Assembly (NCBI GenBank): GCA_030704615.1
Contig: CM060732.1
Coordinates: 49,972,001-50,036,000, forward strand
Source: Takakia lepidozioides
Taxonomy: Eukaryota; Plantae; Bryophyta
Reading direction: 5' to 3'
Length of the DNA: 64,000 bases
Made by a program: the position numbers and the translations under genes. The notes beneath the pieces are model-generated. The model had not been told where the DNA came from and did no database searches. It saw only the letters and a list, made by a program, of their open reading frames with translations. Positions within the stretch are counted from its first letter, which is position 1. Each line of letters opens with the position of its first letter. Of the stretch, positions 35,101 through 45,839 are shown piece by piece.

Positions 35101-38100
35101 TGATGCAAGTGGAGGGAGGGCAGTCTTCCTTTGGGGACAGAGCCAACATATGTTTGTACAGTTACTTCAGAGTATAGACTTCATGGAGTATGCATGTAGA
35201 TCTCATTATGATGGAGTAAGGGGTGAATGATTCTTTGGAAACTACTTTGCCAAATTCAACAAACCCATCGATACTTGATGACTGTACGACGACTTTGACG
35301 GTGATCTCCATACAAGGGATGTGAGAGAAAGGACTCAATCAGCGTTAACTATATACTTGCGATCTCTGCTCACGCTGCGGAGCCAATAACATAAAAGATG
35401 CATCTATAATGTGCACGAAGTTGTAAATTGTCACTACACAAACTAGTTAGGTTTGTATGAAGCCTCTTTAGTAATCAAACCAAGACTTAGGATACAAGTG
35501 AAAAGTTCAACTCACCTCCAGGGAAGGACTGACAGTGCCTGGAAGCTTCTCCGCAAGGCTTCGGGAATAGAATGCAGCCAATGCACTGCACAGCGAGCAC
35601 CCACTGATATCAAGCAAAAACAAGAAGAGAGGCCTGAGCTGGAGACTATACATGGTATGATGTTTCTGACCCAGTAGGGCACCTTTCCTGAAGTCATATT
35701 ACCAGATGCAGGCGTGAAAGAATACACCTCTAGCAACAAAATACCATGACATTGGCGTGTGTGACCAGCCCTCTGTCTATCAGAAAAGTTGAATTTCTTC
35801 AGTTACATAGAGGATTTCTTCTTTGTGTCCCAAAACACTTAAAAGGCACTCGCATTGAGGACTTCAGTTTACCTCATTCTGAATACCCAGAGACGTGATG
35901 CCAGTAACAGTCAATGTAGACATTTCACAGCAGAGGTATCGGAGATGTAACAAACCTGCATGCGACAGCAGCAGGTCTCGAAAGGACTAGAAGTCGCTGG
36001 GCAAGGGCAACCATTGTCAGGGACCTCAATGCACAAAATTCTGGAGAAGTCTTCCACAGCTGCCACAAGGAAACACAGGTGAACAACACACCATGCCCAA
36101 AACAAATCACAATTTATTATACACTTAGGGGAAGGCTAATTCCTGCCAAAGCAAGTGTAACTTGCGGTGTCACTTCACCCCGAAGGACCGCTGCCTTCCG
36201 TTTGGAAGGTAAGACCGGAGTGGTGATTGCCAGCGGATATGCAAGCTCAAGATCACCCCACCGCTCAAAACTGTAACTGCATTAGGGCTTGGAGCGGGGT
36301 GCCCTCCACACGCCACAGGTGACCATCTCCTGTCTATTATATACTTACATAACATCCATCAAAAGTATATGTGGGTCATCGCCTTGACGGGTGCATCTGG
36401 CTGCAGAACTTGCAGAACTTCACAGCAGGGTCTTCAGGCAAGCAATATGGGCATTGAAGACCTTGTCACAGGCACATCTCTCTCTCACCAATGTGTAAGG
36501 ACGTGGTAGAGGCCGAAACAGAATCATTTACAAAGGTATGTATGTACCCATGCTGAAGTCTGTTCTCTTATTGTATTGGGTACTACACCTTCTCTCGCTC
36601 TCTTATTCTCTATCTTGCACACAATATGAGGACATCTGACTGAACTGGAAAATTTCAGAGGAATGAAAGCACCTCCAAAGTTACGTTCTGGCTGGGCAGA
36701 AAAAGTGTCATGCCACCCCTATCGCCAGGAAGACCCAACCCAATTCTGATATGTTGCGGTTGTGACACGTGGAGCTCTTGAAGCAGGACACTATCCAGGT
36801 CTTGGTCAACCCCCCACAGGTGCAAAAATGACAGACTCATTCGCAGAAGGCGCCCCTGTACCGATCCTAGCCAGCTGCCAGTTTGACTGTGCTCTTTCTT
36901 ACCGTTTGTTGCAACCTCTGTAAGTCAGGTCTCATGCTCCCATTAGTTCTTCTGAGATTGTGGAAGCAATTGAACATTTAAATGGATATAAAGCTGGTGG
37001 ACCTGATGGTATTGTCAACGAGCTTATCAAGCACGGTGGCGATCCCATGATAGAGGCCCTAGTTCTCCTCTTTAACCTTATCTGGAAGACTGAAATGATC
37101 CCCTTTCGCTGGCGACAGGGGGTCATTGTCAATCTATACAAGAAGGGTGACAGAGAAGAACCGGGGAACTACCGTGGCATCACGCTCCTCAATGCTGTTG
37201 GCAAGACATTCTGCAGAGTTATAAGTACTCGTCTCGAGGTTGATCTGGAGTCTAGAGGTTGTTTCCACGAAGGCCAAGCTGGCTTTCGGCGAAACAGGGG
37301 CTGTGTGGATCATATCTTCACTCTAAGCCAGATTATCCAGGGAAGGAAAAAAGAAGGGAAACCCACTTATGTCTTTTTCCTGGATGTCAAAAAGGCTTAT
37401 GACACAGTGTGGAGAGATGGCCTATGGTTCCGCCTCTGGTCTTGTGGGATCAAGGGAAAGATGTGGAGAGTTGTCCACAACTTGTATGCTCACACCAAAA
37501 GCTGTGTCACTGTTAACGGACAGAAGTCCAACTTCTTTGACATAGACCAAGGTGTAGCTCAAGGATGTACTCTCTCCCCTCTGCTCTTCAATGTTTTCAT
37601 CAATCAACTCCTCGAGGATGTGGAAAGTGAGGGATTTGGGTTAAGGGTGGGTGATACCACCATACCAGCCCTTATGTTTGCGGATGACTTCGCAGGCATA
37701 GGGGAGACTCCAACCAATCTCCAGGAGTTGATTGATTGCGCGAAGAGATACTTTGATCTTTGGGGGCTAGAGGCTAATGTCAGCAAATGTGCAGTGGTAG
37801 CATTCAACGACAGAGGAGAGGGAGGAAGTGATCTTAAGTGGCAGTGGGGTAGCCAAGAGATCCCGGTCCTCCCTTCCTACACTTACCTGGGCGTTGAGTT
37901 CTCCTCCAATTGTAATTGGGATGCACATATCCGGAAAGTTGTTCAAACTGGCAAGGGCAAAGCTCTGGGGCTCACTAAATTTTTCCACTGCAGAGGGGTC
38001 AACTCTGAGGTTAAGAAAACCATGCTTTGTCGTGTTATTAGACCTGCCTTGGAGTACGGATCTGCTATATGGGTTGATAACTCCAACCAGGCTAAGTCTC

Positions 38101-41100
38101 TAGAATCCATTCAAGTGGGGGTGCTTAAGGAGTGTATGTCAGCATGCTCCAAAACAGCCAATGTGGCTGTTCGGGGTGAGTTTGGCATTCCGTCCTTAAG
38201 CTCCCGACGAGATGAATTCAAGGTCAGATGGTGGGGTCAGCTGCAACATATGCCCAACACCAGATATCCTAAATTAATTGACTCTATATCTTGGAAACAG
38301 GACCGCCCTGTCAAACAGGCTAAGTCCTGGCAGAAGAGAGTAGAAGAGATCCTCAAGGACCTGGACCTGGATCCGCAAGTCTTGACCCTGCTGGATAAAT
38401 CTGACTTAGAGGCTGTAGTGTCCTCAGCCATGTCTGTTGCCATGAGATTGTCTGATGAAAATGAAGTTAGGCAGAAAACTTCCCTGAACTTGTTTCCAGT
38501 CTGTGACATGGGGGAGGACATCTTGGATGACCTCAAGGGTCTACCCACTCTCGGCACTAGACTGAAATTTAAACTCAGGGCAGGAAGCCTACCTTTGAAC
38601 AGCAAACAGAAGCAGAGAGGAAAGGGAGAGTGCAATTGCCCGTTGTGTGGGCAATCTGAAGACAGTATTCATTTTCTGATACACTGTCCGGGGTTCTCTC
38701 ACCAAAGAGACGCTCTCTTCAAATCTATTAAGGGAATTGTGCCTGTACCCCTGTTTACCAACTTTGAAAGTCTCGAGGCTGAGCCAAAAGCCCAGGCCCT
38801 CCTGAGGCCTAGTTTTTGGGCAAATCACACACAGCAGATTGATGCTTGTGTGAAGGGATTTCTAGAGGATATCTGGAAAACCCGGATTAATTCTTTATAT
38901 GGAGGTAAGTCTTACTACCAACGTCAGCCCCTGACAGAGGTAGGTTCTGTCCCTTTTGTTCCCGCTCAAACTGGGCGCGGGGTCAATGGCCACAAGGCTA
39001 CGGCAAACAACGTCTTATGAGTACAATCTGTAAGTCAGGTCTTCAATCTATCAGTTTTCTTTATATGTAAGCTCCAGATGAAAGTGATGAGGAGGTCAAG
39101 CCCATTTTTCTCTTAAACCTCACATCTGGGATGGTGACACAAAGTGCATCACCACCCCACGAACCTACAAAGAGACAAGCCCTAGACGTGTGGCCCATGC
39201 AGTAAATGATCTTATTTGAGCCATCTTTGCTGTTGCAATGTACAGAGATCTGTGGAAATAGCAAAAGAGCACCTACTATTAGACCCACCTTCCTTGCTGT
39301 TGCTCACATCCCTGTCTTCACTGATCAATCCGGCAATAGCTTCCAGCACAGCTGTGTCTTGTGTTTGTTCGGAGGATGCTCTTGATGATTGAGGCTCCTT
39401 TTCGCAAGCATTTGTCGTGCCACCCAAATCTGGAGCCATAAGTGCAAACAGATCAAACTGGAGGGCCGCAACGCCTGGCAAAGGACTTGCTCCCCTGATT
39501 GGTTGCTGCTTGTGAAATAACACACGGGTGGAGACAGAGGGGTTACTAGACAGACCAGATTTACCTAAAGTACAGCTAGAGAGTGATTCCACTGGTTTCA
39601 ACGCTGGGGGCTTTGCACCCTGGCCAAGCGCTTGAGCTACTTTCACAGAAAACTTTTCCAAGCTACCAATTACCCCCAGTGGCTCCTCTCCATGTGAACC
39701 ATCAGCAGAGGTAAGAATCCCCATGACCGGTGATGAACCTGGGCCTGTCAAAACATTGCCAGGGGAAGTGGTTTCAGCTGGCGGAGGTGCTTGAGGGACT
39801 GTGAGAACAGAGGATCTTGGGCGGGGCACAGGGTCCTCAGTGGGTGCCAGGAGAGTTGATGCCGAAGTGGCATTCCCTGAGAAGATACTTGTGGCATCTG
39901 CATTTTTTCGAATCCGGCTGGAAAAGTAGGCAAACATTGAGTGGGCGGGGGAACCTCGCAAGATGCGTTCCCGAGCACCTGAATGAAGGTCCCAAAGGTG
40001 CACCTCGTTTAAGCCTGAAGGCTGGTCGGCGGGATGAGGACAGAGGCAGGCAATGAAGCCCCGGACTCCATCCCACAATACAGTCTTGGGGAGGCCTGGA
40101 TGTCCAGGAAACATTCGTTCCACAGACAAAGATTCAAGAGAGGAAAGGGCCACACAGGAATCCTCACTAACAGAAAGGAAGCAGTGTGACCAGGGCTGTT
40201 GAGTGCCAGGTGGCGGCAGAAGAAGTTGCCATACGGGTGCCACATGGTGGTGAAGTACTGCGAGTGCTTTACCTCCCTCCATCAAATTCCATACACACAC
40301 TGTTGAATCCATGCTCCCTGACAATAGCACACGCTCCGCTCTTTGTTGATCAGAAGATGGAGGTAGGCTATGCTCTGCAAGGCACAAAATGGGCCCAGAA
40401 TGCCCACATAAACTTCTAAGTGGCTGGATCACACTTGCTGCAACCCCTTCATTCTCCTTACCAACACAAGGGATTGTGATGCCTAAGTCCTCAAGCTCAA
40501 CCAATTGGATCTCTCCACTGGCATAGCCATGCACAAGCATCGAGTGGACTGAGGAGCTCCCAGATAACAGCATAGTTGCAGTGACAAACTCATCACTTTC
40601 CACTACCACAGGGCTGTTATGCACACTTTTAAAGAAACTTTTCTTGTCATTTGACAATGAACTTGCTAAAGAGCTCTCACCACCATCCTTTCTCACAACT
40701 TGCTCCTCTGAGTAGCCTGATTTGTATGTGCCCATCTCTGACCCCAGAGACATGGGACTATCAGCACCAAACCCGTCACGCCACAATCCTGCCTGTCCAA
40801 CTAACACAGCCTCCACTGGGTTGCTGGAGAACTCTTCTGATTCCCTGCCATTTCTCCTCTTACCATGCACATCGCAAGAATTCACACTCTCACTAGGCTT
40901 TGAGCTCAAAGAGGGTGCCTGTCGGGTAAACCACAACGTAGCCTTAGGCTCCAACACAGGACCTCTTCCCAAGTCAAAATCCCCAGACTCAAAGCGAAGA
41001 ATCAGATCATCTAGCTGACAGAAATGAAACTCCACAGCTGATAAATGACCATGAGAGATAGGTGGTAGACAAGACAAAGATTCTACACAAGGAATTTCAT

Positions 41101-43158
41101 TGTTGGAATCAGCCAAGCAGTAAATTTCAGCTGCCCCTTGGTTGTCCCAGACCAAGAACTTTTGCCCGCATGCTCTTATGTCTCTCTTGTCCCCTGTCAT
41201 GTTACCCCCGCTGGCAACCTGAAACCCCCCAAGGAAGAAGCCTCCAGCCAACATGCAGGAATCTGCAAGCTCTTTAGGTCCAAATTGCACATCACTTTCC
41301 TCCAAATCTTCGAATGAATCACTGGAACTTGTATGGGGTGCCTCGGCTACAATTCTGTCTTCAATTACTGATCTTACTAACCACTTTGATTGGAAAACCA
41401 ACAATACAAGCCCTCCATCAGGTGATAAGGAGACTGCTTGTGGAACCTTCCGGACTGAACTCGTGGATACAAAGGGGCCACTCGGGTCCCCACTGGCATG
41501 CTCCAATCCATTGTCATGAGAGCTTCCTCGTCCAGACTTCTTTTGCTCCACAGAGATGCCTGACCATACTCTTAATCTTCCAAACGAATCTGAGATTGTC
41601 ACAGTAAACTTTAATTGGCCTTCAATGATCACCTCAGGTACCACCACCATAGCCTTAATTGCCCCAATCCCCAAAGGTCCATTATACACAACCTGCAAGA
41701 CACTGAGAGTGGCTGTGTCGACGACCACCACAGCACCCTTTAACCCACTTCCCCTGCTTTCGGCTCTCTCGCTGGAGGTTGTAAACCTAGAATCAGTTGG
41801 CCTTGGCTCCGAATCTGACGATTTCGCTATAGAATCTGAGGGCTTCCTACCCTCTTCATTTGGACCTGCCCGAGCCCCGTTACATGCAATGCACACATAA
41901 CGTGGTGATCCAGGAAGGGAGGCCACTGCAAATGGCCTCCCAACCCAGGGGGGAAGGTGACGTCGACGTCGACAGCGTCCAGTAAGGCTATCCCACGTGC
42001 ACAAGCCCCCATCAATGCACACACTTATAACTGCTCTCCCACACTCAGGGAGGGGATTTATGCCACTTTGACTATTGTTACTGCTGCTGGAAGTGCAAAG
42101 TTCGAATGGCTCACATGGGTTATTGGGGCTACATGCCTGCAGAGCAGCTATTTCTGCTGTGTGCCCACAAAGCAGTGCCACAGGCCAGACCTCCAGCTGC
42201 GTGTCCACAGTCACAACATAAGGATTTGCATACAATAGGAATAAAAGACAATGACTAACGGATCAGCCGTATATCATCTGATTGTATTAACTGGAATCAG
42301 CTACAGGAGACACATACCTTTCTAATGTAAAACATTGTCCATGCCCCCAGGCGAAAACTGACTAAGAGTCAGATAGCACAAAATTTCTGACCAGAGCCTT
42401 TGGGGATATGTGATTCCAACATGAGATCACCCCTTTGACCATCTGGAATTGGAACTATCAATCCTATTTCACCCAAGCATGCATGAGCCCACCGAGTTTT
42501 TATATTCGATTTCAGTTGAGCCGTCATCCTTAGTATTAAGAACTGGCTTTTCTTGCCTGCTGCAGGCCTTATGAAACCTTTATATATGCCAGTGTAATCC
42601 CCAATAACTGGAACAGAAATTTCAAATTCTCTCGGTCTTGGGAACAGAGCTGACAGAGAACGATTGGTTGCCGTACTTAAGTAAGCCGAATCCACAGGCG
42701 AGTATCATAATTCACCACTTAGCAGTGTGAGTAGTGAAAGTTTCTCCAGAAACTTTCACTAGGCCACCTTCTCCTAGCAATCTTGTGCGACAACTCGGTA
42801 TGCCCCAATCTACCCATTATCAGACACTAACCCCTAAACCCTGGAAAAACGGTAATACCAGAGATTACCTTGCGTTTGAATAGAGACATGAATACAACGC
42901 AGAGGTAGGCTGCCCCAAGCAGCCTCAAACGGATAATTGAGAAAAAAATCATGTATAAATCTCCGGCCTTTTCAAATAGAATGAGGTTAAAATCACCTTC
43001 TCTGAGCTCACACTGGGCCCCGGCAACCGCCACAGCATAACACCTCCATCCGCAGCTCCAGTCCAAAGCGAAGGAGGCTGATCCAGAGGAAGCATGCAGC
43101 GTACATGGTGGCGAAGGGGAGCTGAGCCCCAAAGGGCTTGCATGGAATGGCAGCGCAT
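32104..43158 (-). CDS. WDR7-like (rabconnectin-3 beta type) WD40 protein, 9 coding exons
   Basis: Exons approximately 43158-42997, 42196-39289, 36917-36673, 36062-35957, 35583-35516, 34779-33943, 33652-33438, 33143-33020, 32806-32606, plus a final exon 32247-32104 (ten segments if counted separately). WD motifs LCGHTAEI and LCGHSGPI...LLSGSMDSTVCVWNL; C-terminus LGTFQL*. Confidence 0.85.
36933..39026 (+). mobile_element. 5'-truncated non-LTR retrotransposon (RT plus C-terminal zinc motif; RTE/RTEX-like), antisense in intron 2 of the WDR7-like gene
   Basis: Uninterrupted ORF to 39020 with NYRGITLLN, QAGFR, LDVKKAYD, QGCTLSP, FADD and CPLC..H...HC. Perfect 16 bp TSD TCTGTAAGTCAGGTCT at 36917-36932 and 39027-39042. 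Confidence 0.95.
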
Positions 43159-43204
43159 TGTTGACCCCCGCCATGCATTCTTGCTTACTCTGCTTCCTCC
43201 ATCG

Positions 43205-43207
<3 letters not shown>

Positions 43208-43235
<28 letters not shown>
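43208..43235 (-). repeat. (GA)n microsatellite in the 5' UTR of the WDR7-like gene
   Basis: About 14 dinucleotide units ~50 bp upstream of the ATG. Confidence 0.8.
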
Positions 43236-43238
<3 letters not shown>

Positions 43239-43452
43239 AGGAAGCTCGTGTCTCTCAAAACGCACGCTTTACATGAAAACTTACTTGATCCTTTTATCCT
43301 GTAAATTCACTGGACGCTAAAGAAACTTTATCCTTTTATCCTTTTTTATCCATGCAATAAAACTTTATCCCTAATTCGACTTACTAGTAAATTGATAATG
43401 GTAGTGAGTCATTCATTCAGAGGCTCACTAGTTTTAGTGTAGAGCAGGAATA

Positions 43453-43604
43453 GGGTGCCATAGTGACACGTCATTTTAGCCACGTCATCGCCATCATTTG
43501 TTTAAATCGGCCCGGACTGCCCGAAACCCTGGGTGCCACAGTGACACGTCATTATAGCCACGTCATCGCCATCATTTGTTTAAGTCAGCCCGGACTGCCC
43601 GAAA
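43453..43604. repeat. Two 74 bp tandem copies within an interspersed repeat whose start recurs at 45562
   Basis: Copies at 43453-43526 and 43531-43604. ACTAGTTT(T)AGTGTAGAGCAGGAATAGGGTG occurs at 43427 and 45562. Confidence 0.8.
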
Positions 43605-44050
43605 GTTTTTTTTTTAAATTTAAGAAAATATGTCGTCTCTGCCACATCATCGTCGCCACGTTGCCAAGGCCATGTCATCAACGTACATTCTTGACGCTGC
43701 CCTGATTGCTCGGAATTTTTTTTCCGAATTATAAAAATCATTTTTGTCAAATCTGCTCTAATATTTTTTCTTTCTTCTTTTGTTTCTTCACATATTCAAT
43801 GTAAATCCTATGGCACTTCGAAATATTACTTTGATTTCGTGTGGTAAGCACATTTCAATTTACTAATATTTTGTAATAATAGATTTAAATATGATAATTG
43901 TAATAGCTAATGAAATGTCAAAACTCTTAATATTGAATTTATCTCTTGCGTATATTTTAGACAGTTAATAATGGATATATTATAATTACACATCAATAAA
44001 CTCAAACAAAATCATGTTGAAAATGAAATGAATATCAACACTGTTTCTTC

Positions 44051-44820
44051 TTTTTTTTAAAGGTAAAGGGGAGGTAGCCCTTGGTAGTTTTATTGATGAT
44101 TATTTGAGGGAAAAAGATTAAAACCCTTTACATGCCCGAACACACGAAGCCATGAGGCCTATCACACGAAGAACGTGTTGAATATTCCAGGGAACATAGT
44201 GAACAGTCAAAGAGACATGCCTAACAGCAGAAGGAAACAATTACATAGCAAAGGACCGAAAAGGAAATAGAAGGGACACAGCTGAGTGAAGGCCGAGGCC
44301 TATCATGGAATGGACGATGGGCCTGAGAACGAAGCTGAAGCTAGAGTAGAATACTAATTATTAAAGTGGAGGCGAGCTCGAGAAGCCACCCTGATGTGCT
44401 TCCAATTGATGTCGGACCTGGCAAATTCTTGGGATGCCGAACAGGAGGCCCAAGTGGTGCTGCCAAGGGCTGGGAATGCCTTAAGGCCAATTGCATGAGC
44501 CTGCAACAGAGCTTCTGCAAATGAGTCCGTCCCTCCCCCATGTTGCTTGGAAAGTGGCGAAGAGTGCAAACCGACAATGAGGCGCCCTGATGATATCTGC
44601 ACAAAGTTTGGCTGTTGCATGTTTGGCAGCGACAGTTAGGTCAAAGAAGACCTGAGTAAGGACCGCAGTAATTGAGGTATTGGAGGAATCCATGATCCAT
44701 TTACATTTGGCTTTCCATATATGCCAAAGCGTAGCACATCTAGGGTTTCAAAGACAGGGCAATCACATGCTTTGGTTTTGACAGTCTGATTGTAATTGAG
44801 AAGTATATCCTGGGTGCATT
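44051..44820 (-). mobile_element. 5'-truncated L1-like LINE 3' end
   Basis: Poly-T tail at 44050-44058, terminal CCAAGGGC...CCCCTTT motif, and RCATLWHIWKAKC peptide at ~44705-44742 matching LWNIWKARC of the LINE at 16190. Confidence 0.7.
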
Positions 44821-45839
44821 AATTTACGGTACACTATTCTTAGGATTCTTCATTTTGTGTTGTTTTGCCTTTTTGTAGTAATAAAAGTTTTGGGAGTATT
44901 ACTAACGGTGTTGGGGCCTGAGGGGGGTACCCATGCCCTGGATATACTCCCTTGAGTTCATGTCACTCTCAAGTGAAGGTGGGGAGTGTAACGCCACTTG
45001 GGGTTACACTGGGTGATAAGTGTAACTCCAGTCAGTATATAACTCAAACTTGCTCTCAAAATTTGACTGTCTAAATTTGGCTAAGTTTAAAATGGACTAA
45101 GAGGAGTTACACAATACAAAGGGGTCACACAAACCATAGAAGCCAAGGGTGACATTACCACCCATCAAGAATCAAACCTTCCATCTCATCGCCTTTATTA
45201 CCATCACCTTACCATCAGGCTATTAATCAGTGTCTGACAATCTCTCAGATTCTACTGTATTTAATGGTGAATCCGGGATAATACAAGGTGAAAAAAAGAT
45301 TTGATAGGCATGCAAGAGGAGCCCTGGCATGGCGCCTAAATTTATGTCTAAACTTATGCCTTATATTTTTGCATTGTTCCTAATGTTTATTTCATAAAAT
45401 ATATTTCCCATAAAAAGTATAATTGTTCTCAGAAGTCATCCCTAGTAGTGTGGAGCAACACGTAGCCCTAGTCTATATTCTTATGGCTGTATTTTTATAT
45501 TTGTAGTGCGGAGCAACGCTGCATAGCCCTAATTCTAGTTCTAGTGACGACCGAAAGTCGAGACTAGTTTAGTGTAGAGCAGGAATAGGGTGTCTTTGTG
45601 CCACATCATCATTGCTATGTTTGTCGTCACGTTTTGTTCGACGTCAAATTTTTTTAACCCGGAAAAAATAAAAAATAAATTTTTGAGTTGTCTGAAGTTT
45701 CTCGAACTGGCTGAACGGATTTTCATGGAGGTGTTGAGTCATCTGATTATGGTTTGACAGATACAAAGAGAATGTATTCGTAAAGCATTGTTTGCTCAGT
45801 CTTGTAGTCTTGTGGCCATCCGCGACCATGTGTCCAGTT

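Noticed and set aside
39061-39166. Extra WDR7-like exon upstream of the LINE insertion
   Set aside because: The TTTGTAG acceptor gives a frame that stops at 39063-39061, and no donor of the needed phase links it to the next exon; the single-intron model keeps the frame.
42827-43258. 143 aa ORF as the first exon of the WD40 gene
   Set aside because: The overlapping frame starting at 43158 (MRCHSMQALW...LWTGAADG) has the WD-type motif and splices in phase to exon 2.
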